A stretch of 64,000 nt of DNA from an uncultured Chloroflexia bacterium (GCA_963746845.1 CAVVCZ010000001.1:96001-160000), one strand, 5' to 3'. Positions 37,188 through 51,093 are shown, counted from the first letter of the stretch. The notes: generated by a model from the sequence alone, not told the origin. Made by a program: numbers and translations.

Positions 37188-38486
37188 TCAAGCGGCGGCG
37201 GGCGTGGCCTCCGGCAGCGGCGCCTCGGTGATGCCGCGGCCCTTGCGCAGCGGCGAGCGCCAGTAGGCGATCGAACCGAACACGATCACCGACAGGACGC
37301 TGATCGCACGGTCGACGAGGACGATCGCGAGCGCCTCGGTCTGGGGCACCCCGTAGACCAGGGTCAGGACCGCGATCACGCCGGTCTCGACGACGCCGAT
37401 GCCTGCGGGGGTGAGTGGCACGGCCGTCAGGAGCGAGCCCGTGAGGGCGACGAAGAACGCGCCGCTGATTCCCAGGTGGACATCCGGGAAGCCGAGCGCC
37501 TCGACGACGAGGAAGAGGCGCATGGCCTCGGTGGTCCAGATCAACCCGGTGAGGACGACGAGCCGTGGCAGCGCCGACATCCCGACCGCGGAGAAGACCC
37601 CCTCCTCGAACCGGTCATACAGCTCGAGAATGCTGTGCGGCAGGGGTAGCCGCACGATCAGGCGCCGGCCGAAGTTCCGCATCGTGAGCAGGCCGAACGC
37701 CAGGATCACCACGACGGCAACGCCGATCGCGAACACGAGCTGGACCTGGTCGGGAAGGCGGCCGCGGAACGACCAGTAGCCGGCCGCCAGCCCGAGGACG
37801 ACGATCGCGAAGAGGTCGAGGATCCGCTCGATGAAGACGGTCCCGAAGGTCCGCGACAATGACACCGGGCTGTTGATCTTCAGCAGGTAGGCCCGGTAGA
37901 GGTCTCCCAGCTTGGCCGGGACGAGGCAATTCACGAGCCAGCTGATGTAGATGATCTCGGTCGCGTCGCGGACCTTGAGGCGGAACCCGGTGCCGCGGAT
38001 GAGGATCGCCCAGCGCAGCCCGCGGAGCGGGAACCCGAGGTAGAACACGAGGGTCGCGGCCAGCAGCAGCCAGACGTTCGCGCCGGCGATCAGCGCCGGC
38101 AGCTCCTCGAGATGGAAGCCCGGCAACGCCCGCGCGAAGAGGACGAACAGGACGATCGGGAGGATCAGGGACAGGATCGTCCGCGGCTGGCGCAGCCGCC
38201 GGCCGAGCGACAGCTGGTCCGGGGTGATGCTCTCCTCGGCCCGGCGGTCCGCGCCCGTACGGCGATCGGTCCCGGAGCGGCGTTCCGCCTCGGATCGGCG
38301 GTCGGCGTCGGCGACGGCCCCGGTGTCCGCGGCCAGGGCGGCCTCGGCATCGGCGGCCGCGGCCGCCTCGAACGCGGCGACCTCCTCCTGGCGCCGCTCC
38401 TCGCCGGTGCGCCGGTCGTCGCCGCTCCGGCGGTCCTCGCCGTCGGGCCCCGTCGGGCCGTGGGCGGTGCCGAAGAGCCCGCTCAC
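37188..38486 (-). CDS. UPF0104 / lysylphosphatidylglycerol-synthase TM (flippase-like) protein with N-terminal DRR/ERR repeats
   Basis: LRGLRW, VPAKLGDLYRAY, ERILDL, PLTPAGIGVVE, DRAIS. Confidence 0.85.
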   Translation of the reverse strand: MSGLFGTAHGPTGPDGEDRRSGDDRRTGEERRQEEVAAFEAAAAADAEAALAADTGAVADADRRSEAERRSGTDRRTGADRRAEESITPDQLSLGRRLRQPRTILSLILPIVLFVLFARALPGFHLEELPALIAGANVWLLLAATLVFYLGFPLRGLRWAILIRGTGFRLKVRDATEIIYISWLVNCLVPAKLGDLYRAYLLKINSPVSLSRTFGTVFIERILDLFAIVVLGLAAGYWSFRGRLPDQVQLVFAIGVAVVVILAFGLLTMRNFGRRLIVRLPLPHSILELYDRFEEGVFSAVGMSALPRLVVLTGLIWTTEAMRLFLVVEALGFPDVHLGISGAFFVALTGSLLTAVPLTPAGIGVVETGVIAVLTLVYGVPQTEALAIVLVDRAISVLSVIVFGSIAYWRSPLRKGRGITEAPLPEATPAAA

Positions 38487-39217
38487 GGGCCGATCGGCAG
38501 CGATCGATCCGTCGGCGGGCTCACCCGGCCGTTGCCGCGGACCCGCTGGACCACCTTGGCGACGGGCGTCCAGAGCCGGACGTAGAACGACGCCCGACCG
38601 ACGATCAGCTCGGCGGTCGCCAGGGCGGCAAGGAGCCCGGCCGCCGTCGAGGGGTCGCCGTCGAGGGCCGTATACGCCACCCCGACCTCGAACGCGCTGT
38701 GGGCGTCCGACACGGCGATCCCCGGCCGTCCGTGGCGATGGGCGAGCTCGGCGGCCTGCCGGTTGCCGTCACCGAACGCGACCCGGGCGTTGTGCGCCTC
38801 GACCCAGTCCACCTGCGGCACGAGGCGCTCCATCTGCTCGTCGCGCAGGAGCGAGCCGCGGAACCGATCGAACGGATGGGGGATCCCGACGAGGCCGCCC
38901 TGGGCCCGGACGGCGGTGATCGCCTCCTCGGCCGACAGGCCGGGCGGGATCGCCTCAGTCAGGAACAGCGCGACGAGGTCGCCGTCGGCCGTCTTGATCT
39001 CCTCGCCGACGATCAGCGTCAGGTCCGGCGCGATCTCGGCGGCGACGTCCCGGCCCTCGACCGCGCCGTCGATCCGGTCGTGGTCGGTGATCGCGAGGTG
39101 GGTCACCCCGCGCTTGACCGCCGTCCGGATCAGGGACGCGGGCGAGGCCAGCGAATTGAACGACGCCCGCGAGTGGGTGTGGAGATCCGCGAACGACCTC
39201 GCGGGCGTCGCGGCCAC
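38483..39217 (-). CDS. PHP domain phosphoesterase
   Basis: DLHTHS, AITDHD, GEEI, IPHPF, SDAH. Confidence 0.88.
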   Translation of the reverse strand: MAATPARSFADLHTHSRASFNSLASPASLIRTAVKRGVTHLAITDHDRIDGAVEGRDVAAEIAPDLTLIVGEEIKTADGDLVALFLTEAIPPGLSAEEAITAVRAQGGLVGIPHPFDRFRGSLLRDEQMERLVPQVDWVEAHNARVAFGDGNRQAAELAHRHGRPGIAVSDAHSAFEVGVAYTALDGDPSTAAGLLAALATAELIVGRASFYVRLWTPVAKVVQRVRGNGRVSPPTDRSLPIGP

Positions 39218-39223
39218 CGGTCC

Positions 39224-40222
39224 CTAGACCTGGGAGACGAGCGACTTCTTGAAGAAGTCGAAGTGCTCGAGCGCGAGGCCGGTTCCGAGGGCGACGCAGT
39301 TCAGGGAGTTCTCGGCGACGTGGCACGGGACGCCCGTCACCTGGGTCAGGAGCTTGTCGATGTTGCGCAGGAGCGAGCCGCCGCCGGACATCACCATCCC
39401 CTTGTCGATGATGTCCGAGCTGAGCTCGGGCGGCGTCTGCTCGAGGACCATCCGGACCGCGGCCACGAGCTGCTGGAGCGGTGCCTCGATCGCCTCCATG
39501 ACCTCGGAGCTCGTGATCGGGATCGTCCGCGGCAGGCCCGCGATCAGGTCCCGGCCGCGGACCTCCATCTGGAGCTCGCGCTCGAGCGGCAGGGCGGTCC
39601 CGATCTGGATCTTGACCTCCTCGGCCGTCCGCTCGCCGATCATCAGGTTGTACTTCTTGCGGATGTACGTCGCGATGTGCTCGTCGAACTTGTTGCCGCC
39701 AACCCGGAGCGAGGTCGAGACGACGATCCCGCCGAGGGCGATGACCGCGATCTCCGATGTCCCGCCGCCGATGTCGATGACCATGTTCCCGGACGGCCCG
39801 CTGATCGGGACGTTCGCGCCGATCGCGGCGGCGAGCGGCTCCTCGATGAGGTACGCCTCCTTCGCGCCGGCCTTGAGGGCCGCGTCGCGGACGGCCCGCT
39901 TCTCGACCGACGTGACGCCGGCCGGGACCGAGATCATCACCTCCGGCCGGGAGAAGCCGATCCTGCCCTTCGTCGCCTTGGCGATGAAGAAGCGGAGCAT
40001 CGCCTCGGTGATCACGTAGTCGGCGATGACGCCGTCCTTCATCGGGCGGATGGCGGTGATGTTGCCGGGCGTGCGCCCGATCATCTCGCGGGCCTCCTCG
40101 CCCACGGCCACGATGCGGTTGTCGTCGGAGACCGCGACCACGGACGGTTCCGTGATCACGACCCCCTTGCCCTTGACGTAGACGAGGACGTTGGCCGTGC
40201 CGAGGTCGATGCCGATCTTCAT
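39224..40222 (-). CDS. mreB: Rod shape-determining protein (MreB/Mbl family)
   Basis: [35 protein letters not shown]. Position after murA without mreC/mreD suggests an Mbl-like copy. Confidence 0.93.
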   Translation of the reverse strand: MKIGIDLGTANVLVYVKGKGVVITEPSVVAVSDDNRIVAVGEEAREMIGRTPGNITAIRPMKDGVIADYVITEAMLRFFIAKATKGRIGFSRPEVMISVPAGVTSVEKRAVRDAALKAGAKEAYLIEEPLAAAIGANVPISGPSGNMVIDIGGGTSEIAVIALGGIVVSTSLRVGGNKFDEHIATYIRKKYNLMIGERTAEEVKIQIGTALPLERELQMEVRGRDLIAGLPRTIPITSSEVMEAIEAPLQQLVAAVRMVLEQTPPELSSDIIDKGMVMSGGGSLLRNIDKLLTQVTGVPCHVAENSLNCVALGTGLALEHFDFFKKSLVSQV

Positions 40223-41565
40223 GAGGGTGTGGAAACAGTCCCTTCCTCGATGCGCGCGATCCGGGCTCCCAGATCGGCGAACTTGCGTTCGATGTTCTCA
40301 TAGCCGCGCTGGACGTGGTGAGCGCCGTGAATTGTCGACTCGCCGTCCGCGGCGAGCGCGGCGAGGATCAGCGACGCGCCGGCCCGCAGGTCGCCGATCT
40401 CGGCGTCGGCCCCGGTGAGGGGCGTCCGCCCGTGGATCGTCGCGTGGTGACTGTCGCCGATCTCGATCCGGGCGCCCATCCGGTTCAGGTCCGCGAGCCA
40501 CTCCAGGCGGTCCTCGAAGATCGCCTCGTGGACGCGCGACGTCCCGTTCGCCTGGGTCAGCAGGACGCAGGCCGGCGGCTGGAGGTCGGTGGCGAGGCCC
40601 GGATAGGGCGCGGTCTCGATGTCGCACGCCCGGTAACCGCCTTCGGCCAGGCCGCCACCGTCGACCGTGATCCGGTCCCCGTCGCAGCGAGCCTCGACCC
40701 CGGCCCGGGCGAGGACGTCGAGGAACGCCGACAGGTGCTCGCAGGGCGCACCGGTGAGGGTCACCCGTCCGCCCGTCACGGCGCCCGCGACGGCGAACGT
40801 CCCCGCCTCGATCCGGTCGGGGATGACGTGGTGGTCCGCGCCACGCAGGCGCCGCTTGCCGTGGACCTCGATCGTGTCCGGCGTCGTCCGTTCGACTTCG
40901 GCGCCCATCTTGCGCAGGAACGCGATGAGGTCGTCGACCTCCGGCTCCTGGGCGGCCGGCCGGATCACGGTCTGGCCGTCCGCGAGGGTGGCCGCCAGCA
41001 TCGCGTTCTCCGTGCCCATCACGGACACGAACGGGAACTCGATCTCGGTCCCGCGGAGGCGGCCGGGCGCGGTCGCGAAGTAGTAGCCGTTGCGGTAGTC
41101 GATCGTCGCGCCGAGCCGGCGCATCGCCTCGACGTGGAGGTCGACCGGCCGCCGGCCGATCCGGTCGCCGCCCGGGTTGCTGATGATCACCCGGCCGAAG
41201 CGGGTGAGAAGCGGTCCGAGGAGCATGAAGCTCGCCCGCATCTTCGCCGCCGCCTCGAGCGGCACGAACAGCCACTCGACGTCGCCCGAGGCGACCTCGT
41301 AGACGTTCGGCTCCGGGTGGTCGACGACGACGCCGAGATCGCGCAGGGTCTCGGCCATGACCCGCACGTCCTCGATCTCGGGGACGTTCGTGAACCGGCA
41401 CCGCTCGCCGGTCAGCGTGGCCGCGGCGAGCATCTTCAGCGCCGCGTTCTTCGATCCGCTGATCGGGACCTCGCCGCGCAGCGGCGTGCCGCCGGCGATC
41501 CGGAAGACCTCGCGGGTCACCGGCTCAGGGGTGTACTCCCAATGGAACGGCCTCGCGTCAGCCAA
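40219..41565 (-). CDS. murA: UDP-N-acetylglucosamine 1-carboxyvinyltransferase
   Basis: [59 protein letters not shown]. Confidence 0.95.
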   Translation of the reverse strand: MADARPFHWEYTPEPVTREVFRIAGGTPLRGEVPISGSKNAALKMLAAATLTGERCRFTNVPEIEDVRVMAETLRDLGVVVDHPEPNVYEVASGDVEWLFVPLEAAAKMRASFMLLGPLLTRFGRVIISNPGGDRIGRRPVDLHVEAMRRLGATIDYRNGYYFATAPGRLRGTEIEFPFVSVMGTENAMLAATLADGQTVIRPAAQEPEVDDLIAFLRKMGAEVERTTPDTIEVHGKRRLRGADHHVIPDRIEAGTFAVAGAVTGGRVTLTGAPCEHLSAFLDVLARAGVEARCDGDRITVDGGGLAEGGYRACDIETAPYPGLATDLQPPACVLLTQANGTSRVHEAIFEDRLEWLADLNRMGARIEIGDSHHATIHGRTPLTGADAEIGDLRAGASLILAALAADGESTIHGAHHVQRGYENIERKFADLGARIARIEEGTVSTPS

Positions 41566-41610
41566 GGGACACCACCATGGACTTCGTCGCGATTCGTCGT
41601 GCCACGGGCA

Positions 41611-42039
41611 CTAGACGCGTCGCCGGGCCCCTTCGTGCTGGCGTCGCTCCGCGACCCGGATCCGCAGGAGCGCGGTCTGGAGCGACGCCCGGGCAGCGGC
41701 CAGGTCGGCGCCCTCGACGAACCCGCTCTCGAGCGCCTGCTCGGCCTGGCGGCGGGCCTCCTGGGCCTTCTCGAGATCGATCTCGGACGCGATGTCGGCG
41801 GTCTCGGCCATGACGACGACCTTGTCCGGGAGCACCTGGAGGAAGCCGCCGACGATCGCGAACGACTCCTCCTGCCCGCCCTTGCGCAGACGCAGCTCGC
41901 CCGCCCCGAGCGTGGACACGAGCGGCGCGTGATGCGGCAGCACGCCGAGCTCGCCCTCGGACCCGGGCAGGACGACGGCGTCGACCTGGTCCGAGTAGGC
42001 CAGCTTCTCGGGCGTGACGATGTCGAGCTGGAGGGGCAT
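41611..42039 (-). CDS. atpC: F-type ATP synthase subunit epsilon
   Basis: MPLQLDIVTPE, GELGVLPHHAPL, GGFLQV. Confidence 0.95.
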   Translation of the reverse strand: MPLQLDIVTPEKLAYSDQVDAVVLPGSEGELGVLPHHAPLVSTLGAGELRLRKGGQEESFAIVGGFLQVLPDKVVVMAETADIASEIDLEKAQEARRQAEQALESGFVEGADLAAARASLQTALLRIRVAERRQHEGARRRV

Positions 42040-42112
42040 CGCGCCTAGACCTCGGGCCGATGGGGTCGCGGAGCTCCCCCTCGGGCCTCGGTGAGCAGCG
42101 CGCGGGACATCG

Positions 42113-43561
<1,449 letters not shown>

Positions 43562-44413
43562 TTACCGGGCCTGGGCGCCCGACGCGATCTCGATCATCTC
43601 GCGGGTGATGTTGGACTGGCGGACCTTGTTGTAGGCGAGGGTCAGATCGTCGATCAGCTCCTCGGCGTTCTCGGTCGCGTTCTTCATCGCCACCATCTGG
43701 CTCGAGAAGAAGCTGGCCGTCGTCTCGAGGGCCGCCTGGTAGAGGCGGGTCGCGACGTAGCGCGGGAGGAGCCGCTCGAGGACCGCCCCCGGGTTGGGCT
43801 CGAAGATGAACTGGTTGCCGGGGATGCCGGCGGTGTCGGCCGAGGGTTCGATCGGGAGCAGCGTCGACAGGGCCGGGCGCTGGACGAGCGTCGAGATGAA
43901 CTGGCTGTAGACGAGGTCGACCCGCCCGAACGAGCCGTCGAGGAAGCCGTCGGTGACGAGCCGGGCCAGCGGCAGGACGTCCGCGAACGTCGGCCGCTCG
44001 CGGAACCCGTCGAAGTGGGCCTCCATCGGGACCCGGGCACGGCGCATCGCGTCGCGGCCCTTCCGGCCGACCGTGACGACCGTCAGGTCACCCTTCGTCC
44101 CGGTGATGTGCCCGGCCGCGAACCGGATCGTGTTCGTGTTCAGGGCGCCGGCCAGACCGCGGTCCGTCGTGACGAGGATGAGGAGCCGCTTGCCGCCCTC
44201 GCGCTTCTGGAGGAGCGGGTGGTCCTCGCCGCTGAGCACGGTCGAGAGATCCGCGAGGACCTCGTCGATCTTCTCGGCGTATGGCCGGGCCGCCAGCGTC
44301 GATTCCTGGGCGCGCTTGAGCTTCGACGCTGCCACGAACTGCATCGCCCGGGTGATCTGCTTGATATTCCGGCTGGACTGGATCCGCCGCCGGATATCGC
44401 GCTGGCTGGCCAT
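43562..44413 (-). CDS. atpG: F-type ATP synthase subunit gamma
   Basis: ITRAM..VAASK, DRGLAG, MKNATENA, RQSNITRE. Confidence 0.97.
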   Translation of the reverse strand: MASQRDIRRRIQSSRNIKQITRAMQFVAASKLKRAQESTLAARPYAEKIDEVLADLSTVLSGEDHPLLQKREGGKRLLILVTTDRGLAGALNTNTIRFAAGHITGTKGDLTVVTVGRKGRDAMRRARVPMEAHFDGFRERPTFADVLPLARLVTDGFLDGSFGRVDLVYSQFISTLVQRPALSTLLPIEPSADTAGIPGNQFIFEPNPGAVLERLLPRYVATRLYQAALETTASFFSSQMVAMKNATENAEELIDDLTLAYNKVRQSNITREMIEIASGAQAR

Positions 44414-45949
<1,536 letters not shown>

Positions 45950-45962
45950 GGGGCAGGGTCTC

Positions 45963-46505
45963 CTACAGGGCGCCCGAAGCGAGCTGGTTCCGCAGCCGCT
46001 CGAGGCGGCCCCGGACGCTCCCGTCGATCAGTCGGTCGCCGACACGGACGACGAGCCCGCCGAGCAGGCTCTCGTCGACATCGGTCTGGAGGGCGATCCG
46101 GCCGCCCGTCATCTGCTCGAGGCGGGCCGTCAGCGCCCGCGTCTCGGTGTCGGTCAGGGGGAGTGCGCTCGTCGCGGTGGCGTGGATGATCCCCTGGCGG
46201 ATGTCGTCCAGCCGCCGGAACTCCTCCGCGACCCGCGGCATCTGCTCGATCCGGCCCCGCCGGACGAGGAGCTCGACGAGGTTGCGGGCAGGCGTCAACA
46301 GACCGGCGAAGACCCGCCGCGCCACGTCCTGGCGCCCCTCGAGGGGCAGGGCCGGGTTGGCGAGGACCGTCATCAGGTCCGGGCGTTCGAGCTCGGCCGC
46401 GGCCGAGTCGAGGTCCCGCCGCCACGTCTCGATCGAGCCGTCGCGGGTGGCGATCTCGAAGGCGGCCTCGGCGTACCGTCGCGGCGCGCTGTCGCGTTTC
46501 GCCAT
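45963..46505 (-). CDS. atpH: F-type ATP synthase subunit delta
   Basis: [27 protein letters not shown]. Confidence 0.95.
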   Translation of the reverse strand: MAKRDSAPRRYAEAAFEIATRDGSIETWRRDLDSAAAELERPDLMTVLANPALPLEGRQDVARRVFAGLLTPARNLVELLVRRGRIEQMPRVAEEFRRLDDIRQGIIHATATSALPLTDTETRALTARLEQMTGGRIALQTDVDESLLGGLVVRVGDRLIDGSVRGRLERLRNQLASGAL

Positions 46506-47086
46506 CAGCCGCCGCGATCCGACGTCGGGGCCGTGCCGGCCTCGCGGAGGAACTCATCGACGAGCCGTCGCTGACGGTCGTCGTTCATCGTCTCGCCCAC
46601 GACCCGGCCGGCCGCCCGGAGCGCCAGGTCGGCGACCTCCGCCCGCAGCTCGCCGATCGCGCGCAGCTTCTCGGCCTCCAGATCGGCGCTCGCGCGGACG
46701 CGGATCCGCTCCAGCTCCTCGCGGGTCGCGGCCAGGTCGCGCTCGCGCGACTCGTCGGCGACCTTCTGGGCCCGGGCCAGGATGTCGTTGGCCTCGCGAC
46801 GGGCTTCCTGGAGCGCGGTGAGCCGGTCGGCCTCGGCGGACTCGCGCGCCTGCCGGGCCTGCTCCGCGTCGCGGAGACCCTCCTCGACCCGCGCCCTGCG
46901 CTCGGCCAGCATCCGCTGGAGCGGCTTGAACGCGAACGTCCAGATGATCGCCAGGAACACGACGAAGTTCGTCGCGGCGATGAGCACCTGGAACAGGTTG
47001 ATCTGGAACAGCGGCTCGGCCTCGGCGTCCGCGGCGAGGCGGACGGCCTCACCCGAGATGCCGGACGCGATGGCCAGAAGGTCCAC
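46505..47086 (-). CDS. atpF: F-type ATP synthase subunit b
   Basis: TM (NFVVFL..FAFKP) followed by a long coiled coil; operon position. Confidence 0.93.
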   Translation of the reverse strand: MDLLAIASGISGEAVRLAADAEAEPLFQINLFQVLIAATNFVVFLAIIWTFAFKPLQRMLAERRARVEEGLRDAEQARQARESAEADRLTALQEARREANDILARAQKVADESRERDLAATREELERIRVRASADLEAEKLRAIGELRAEVADLALRAAGRVVGETMNDDRQRRLVDEFLREAGTAPTSDRGG

Positions 47087-47110
47087 GATGGAAACTCCGA
47101 TCCGGACCGG

Positions 47111-47335
47111 CTACGCGCTCGGGCCGGTGATGAAGATCGCGAGCAGGCCCACGACGATCGCGAGGACGCCGAGGCCTTCGGCGAACGCCGCGAGGATGAT
47201 CGCGATGCCGCGGATCTGGCCGGCAGCGTCAGGGTTGCGACCGATCGCCTGGGCCGACAGGCCGGCGAGGATGCCGATGCCGATGCCCGGGCCGATGACC
47301 CCGAGGGCGGCGAGACCGGCGCCGATGTGCTCCAT
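47111..47335 (-). CDS. atpE: F-type ATP synthase subunit c
   Basis: GPGIGIG, GRNP loop, AFAEGL carboxylate. Confidence 0.96.
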   Translation of the reverse strand: MEHIGAGLAALGVIGPGIGIGILAGLSAQAIGRNPDAAGQIRGIAIILAAFAEGLGVLAIVVGLLAIFITGPSA

Positions 47336-47415
47336 GCGAGATGTCCTCCTGTTCCCCGGGCAGGACGGCCCGGGTTCGATCGATGTGGGCTCCCGCGCTC
47401 ACGCTCGGGACGGGA

Positions 47416-48468
47416 TCAGTGGGCGGGCTGGAGCGTCTGCGGCTCCGTCCCCTTGAGCTCTGCGAGCGCCTCTTCGGCGAGGTGCCCCTCCTCCTCGTGA
47501 TGGCTCTCGATGGCCAGGGTGATGAAGAGCAACGTCAGGATGCTGAAGATGAGGGCCTGGATGGCATTGAGCATCAGCTCGAGCGCGATCAGCGCCACCG
47601 GCACGAAGAACACGGTCAGGGTCGTCATCACCCCGAGCGCGACCTCGCCACCGTAGATGTTGCCGAACAACCGCATCGACAGCGTCACGGGCTTGACGAA
47701 CTCGAGCATCAGCTCGATCAGGCCGACGAAGAGGGCGATGATGCCGGCCCCGATGCCGTTCTTGAACTCGTACAACGGGAAGAACTTGCCGAGGTAGCCG
47801 CCGACGCCGAGCTTCCGGAAGCCCTCGATCTCGAAGATCAGGAAGCTCACGAGGGCCATCCCGAGCGTGATGTTCACATCGCTCGACGGTGCCCGCAGGA
47901 ACTCGACCTTGCCGACCGGCGGGATGAGCCCGATCCAGTTGTCGAACAGGACGAGCAGGAACGCACCGACGAAGATCGGGATGTAGGGCGTGGCGGCCGC
48001 TCCGGCGATCCCGAGACCGAAGTCCCGGAGCTGCTCGTAGACCGTCTCGATGATGTTCTGGCCGCGGCCCGGGATGAGCTTCGAGCCGCGGACCATGAGG
48101 ATCACCGTGATCAGGACGACGGCCATGACGATCCACATCGTGAGGAGCGTGTTGCTGATGCTCGGGTGGAACGTCACCAGGTCGCCCGCGGCCGGGGCGT
48201 TGGCCGGGTCGAAGTCGTAGACGGTGTGCGGGGCGGGGAACTCGAGCGCGTTCTCGATGAAGCAGGCCGGGAAGGGGCAGGCCGTGCCGGCCGTCGGGTC
48301 CTTCGGCGTCTGCGGGAAGAGGATGAACGCGAAGATGTCGAGCACGATCACGGCGCCGATGAGCGTGAACCAGCGGGCCGACAGCCCACGGCGCTTGCGC
48401 TCGGCCGGCGGCGGCGGGGCGGTCGGGGCCTGGGCAGCGGCGTCGGCCGGGCCCTGCTCGATCGTCAC
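47416..48468 (-). CDS. atpB: F-type ATP synthase subunit a
   Basis: PGRGQNIIE, RAPSSDVN, KPVTLSMRLFGNI, IQALIFSIL. Start 48468 or 48483. Confidence 0.95.
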   Translation of the reverse strand: MTIEQGPADAAAQAPTAPPPPAERKRRGLSARWFTLIGAVIVLDIFAFILFPQTPKDPTAGTACPFPACFIENALEFPAPHTVYDFDPANAPAAGDLVTFHPSISNTLLTMWIVMAVVLITVILMVRGSKLIPGRGQNIIETVYEQLRDFGLGIAGAAATPYIPIFVGAFLLVLFDNWIGLIPPVGKVEFLRAPSSDVNITLGMALVSFLIFEIEGFRKLGVGGYLGKFFPLYEFKNGIGAGIIALFVGLIELMLEFVKPVTLSMRLFGNIYGGEVALGVMTTLTVFFVPVALIALELMLNAIQALIFSILTLLFITLAIESHHEEEGHLAEEALAELKGTEPQTLQPAH

Positions 48469-48537
48469 GATCCCTCCACACACAGGAGCGCGGCCGTGCG
48501 CCGCGCTCTCGTCTTCGTCATCCGGTCCGTCGGCGTT

Positions 48538-48762
48538 TCAGTCGATCGTCTCGAGGAACCTGCTGACCAGCCGGTAGATCATCACCGTGCCCGACCCTGC
48601 TCCGAGGAGGAAGCCGACGATCACGAAGACCGGAACGGTCATCCCGAGCTGCCCGTCGATCCAGTGGCCGACGAGCACGCCCACGAGGGTGGTGACCAGG
48701 AGCGAGAGGCCGATTTCCGAGAAGAGGGCCGCATAGGCCCAGCCCCGGCCGGGCTCGATCAT
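48538..48762 (-). CDS. AtpZ/AtpI family protein
   Basis: Two TM helices with GHWID motif, first gene of the atp operon. Confidence 0.85.
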   Translation of the reverse strand: MIEPGRGWAYAALFSEIGLSLLVTTLVGVLVGHWIDGQLGMTVPVFVIVGFLLGAGSGTVMIYRLVSRFLETID

Positions 48763-48834
48763 GGGTGACCTACCAAGGCGCGCGGAGTATAGCAGAGGGC
48801 GCGGCCGCCTCCCGGTGTGGCGACCCCCGCGGCG

Positions 48835-51093
48835 TCAGGTCCGGATGGTGCGGCTCAGGACGAACGACGAGGTGTTGCCGGCCCTGTCCGAGGCCCGGAC
48901 GCGGAACCGGACCGACCGCTGGATGTGGACGGTCACGCCCGCGATCCGGTCGGCCGACGACTTCAGCTGGAGCGATGTCCAGGCGCCACCGTTGATCGAG
49001 ACCTGGACCTGCTCCCAGGCGAGGCCCGTCTGTGCTTCGGTGACGGTCCAGCGGACGCTGAGCCAGGTCGTCGTCCTGCCCTTGACGTGTGTCGGGGTCA
49101 CGACCGGGACGGAGACCGTCGGCTTGATCGTGTCCTTGACGACGTTGACCTGGACGCTCGCGGTGTCGGTCAGGCCGTGCCCGTCGGAGATCGTGTACGT
49201 GAAGACGTCGATCCCACCGGTCGTGCCGGTGGGACGGTAGGTCAGGCCGGTCCCGCCACCGGTGATCGCGACCGTCCCGTGGCCGCCGTTCGTCACCGAC
49301 ACGATCGAGAGCGTCTCGACGGCGTCCGGGAGCCAGGTGTCGTTCGCCAGGACGGGGACGGCCTGCGCCCCGACGCCGAGATACACGTTGACGGGAGTCG
49401 GAACGCCGTCGTTGACCGCGTTGGGCTTGTCGTTCACGGGCGTGATCGTGACGGCGATCGTGCCGGTCGAGCTGCCGCCGTGGCCATCGGACACGGTGTA
49501 CGTGATCGTGTCTCCGCCAAATGCGTGGGCGTTCTGTTTGTAGCGGACGCTCGTGGGCGTGAAGGTGACCACGCCCTTCGTCGCACCGCCCGCGCCGGTC
49601 ACGGTCAATGTATCCCCCTCGACATCGCTGTCATTGACGAGGACCGAGACGCTTGACGGCACGGCCGTGCCCGGAACCTCCGTCACAGTCAGCGTGTCCG
49701 GGACCGTGGTCGGCGGGTCGTTGACCGGGGTGATCGTGACGTTGACCGTCGCGCTCGCCGTGCCGCCGTGTCCGTCGTCGATCGTGTAGGTGAACGAGTC
49801 GCTGCCATTCGCGTTGGCGTTCGGCTTGTAGTGGAGCGTCGTGGCGGTGAACGTGAGCGTGCCCAGGGCCGCCCCGCCCGCGTTGGTGATCGCGAGCACG
49901 TCGCTTTCGGGATCGGAGTCGTTCCCGAGGACATCGATCGTGGTCGCGGGCGCGTCCTCGGCGATCGTCGCGCTGTCGTCGGTCGCAAGTGGCGGGTCGT
50001 TGTCGCTGTCGACGACGATCTGGAACGTGACCGGGGCGCTCGTGTCGGCCGGGTGGAGGTTCGGCAGCAGGTAGCTCTCGAGCCCGCCGTCGTCCTTGGC
50101 CACGACGGTGACGCTCGTCGAGCCGGAGGCGTTTGCGACGGGCGTGAAGGTGAGCGTCCCGTCCGACGCGATGGCCGGTGTGGCGCTGAACAACCCGGGG
50201 TTCGTGTCGCCCGTGACCTCGAAGTGGACCGCCTGCGACGACTCGTTCGGCGGGCCGGGCGAGATCGCGGTCGCCCACGCCGCGCTGTACGCCACGTCCT
50301 CCGTCCCGTGGACGGTGAGCGCGCCGGGCGTGAACGTCGGCGCGTCGTTGACCGGCGCGACCCAGATCCGGAGCGTCGCCGAGCCCGACCGCGCGCCATC
50401 CTCGTCGATGACCTGGTAGGTCAGGCTGTCGGACTGCCACGTGCCGCCCGGCTGGTCGCCGGCCGTCGTGTTGTAGTTCGGGTCGGGCGTGTAGCCGATG
50501 ATCCCCGGCTGATTGGGCAGCCAGACCGCCGTCCCGTGACCCTGCCCGCCGGTCACGTCCCACGCGACGATCGTGCCGTCCGCGTCCGTGTCGTTCCCCG
50601 TCAGGTCGCAGTCCGCTGCGAAGGTGATCGTCGCGGAGTCCTCGAGGATCGGGAACGATCCGCCGAACGGATCGGGCGGAAAGCAGCCGGCGGCCGGGTC
50701 ATCGACGGCGACCGGCGGGGCGTTGACCTTGATCGTGACGGTCGCGGTGTCGTCGCCGTCCGGGTCGTTCGTCACCGTGTAGTCGAAGGTGTCCGGACCG
50801 GTGTAGCCGGCATCCGGCTCGTAGGTCACCGACAGGCCGTCGTCGGCGAGCGTGACCGTGCCGTGAGTCGGGTCGGTCGTTGCCGAGATCGCGTCGCCGG
50901 GTGCGACCGTGTCGTTGTCGAGGACGTCCAGGGTCTCCGCCGAGGCGTTCTTCTGGACGACGAACGAATCGTCGACCGCGGCGGGGGCGGCGGCGAGGAC
51001 AGCGGCCGGCCACGAGCCCGCGGCCAGCATGGCCGTCAAGACCGCGAGGGTGATCGCCGGCAGGCGGCGACCGGCGCGGTCCGAGTTCGTCAC
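48835..51093 (-). CDS. Secreted tandem Ig-like/cadherin-like repeat protein (adhesin-like)
   Basis: Signal peptide, about six repeats of NxPPxAxDD...VLxNDxD...YxP...DxFTYTxxDG, C-terminal FN3-like RVRASDRAGN. Confidence 0.82.
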   Translation of the reverse strand: MTNSDRAGRRLPAITLAVLTAMLAAGSWPAAVLAAAPAAVDDSFVVQKNASAETLDVLDNDTVAPGDAISATTDPTHGTVTLADDGLSVTYEPDAGYTGPDTFDYTVTNDPDGDDTATVTIKVNAPPVAVDDPAAGCFPPDPFGGSFPILEDSATITFAADCDLTGNDTDADGTIVAWDVTGGQGHGTAVWLPNQPGIIGYTPDPNYNTTAGDQPGGTWQSDSLTYQVIDEDGARSGSATLRIWVAPVNDAPTFTPGALTVHGTEDVAYSAAWATAISPGPPNESSQAVHFEVTGDTNPGLFSATPAIASDGTLTFTPVANASGSTSVTVVAKDDGGLESYLLPNLHPADTSAPVTFQIVVDSDNDPPLATDDSATIAEDAPATTIDVLGNDSDPESDVLAITNAGGAALGTLTFTATTLHYKPNANANGSDSFTYTIDDGHGGTASATVNVTITPVNDPPTTVPDTLTVTEVPGTAVPSSVSVLVNDSDVEGDTLTVTGAGGATKGVVTFTPTSVRYKQNAHAFGGDTITYTVSDGHGGSSTGTIAVTITPVNDKPNAVNDGVPTPVNVYLGVGAQAVPVLANDTWLPDAVETLSIVSVTNGGHGTVAITGGGTGLTYRPTGTTGGIDVFTYTISDGHGLTDTASVQVNVVKDTIKPTVSVPVVTPTHVKGRTTTWLSVRWTVTEAQTGLAWEQVQVSINGGAWTSLQLKSSADRIAGVTVHIQRSVRFRVRASDRAGNTSSFVLSRTIRT

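Noticed and set aside
47111-47335. Na+-translocating ATP synthase
   Set aside because: Subunit c has AEGL without the Q/E...E-S/T sodium-binding signature, so it is probably proton-coupled.
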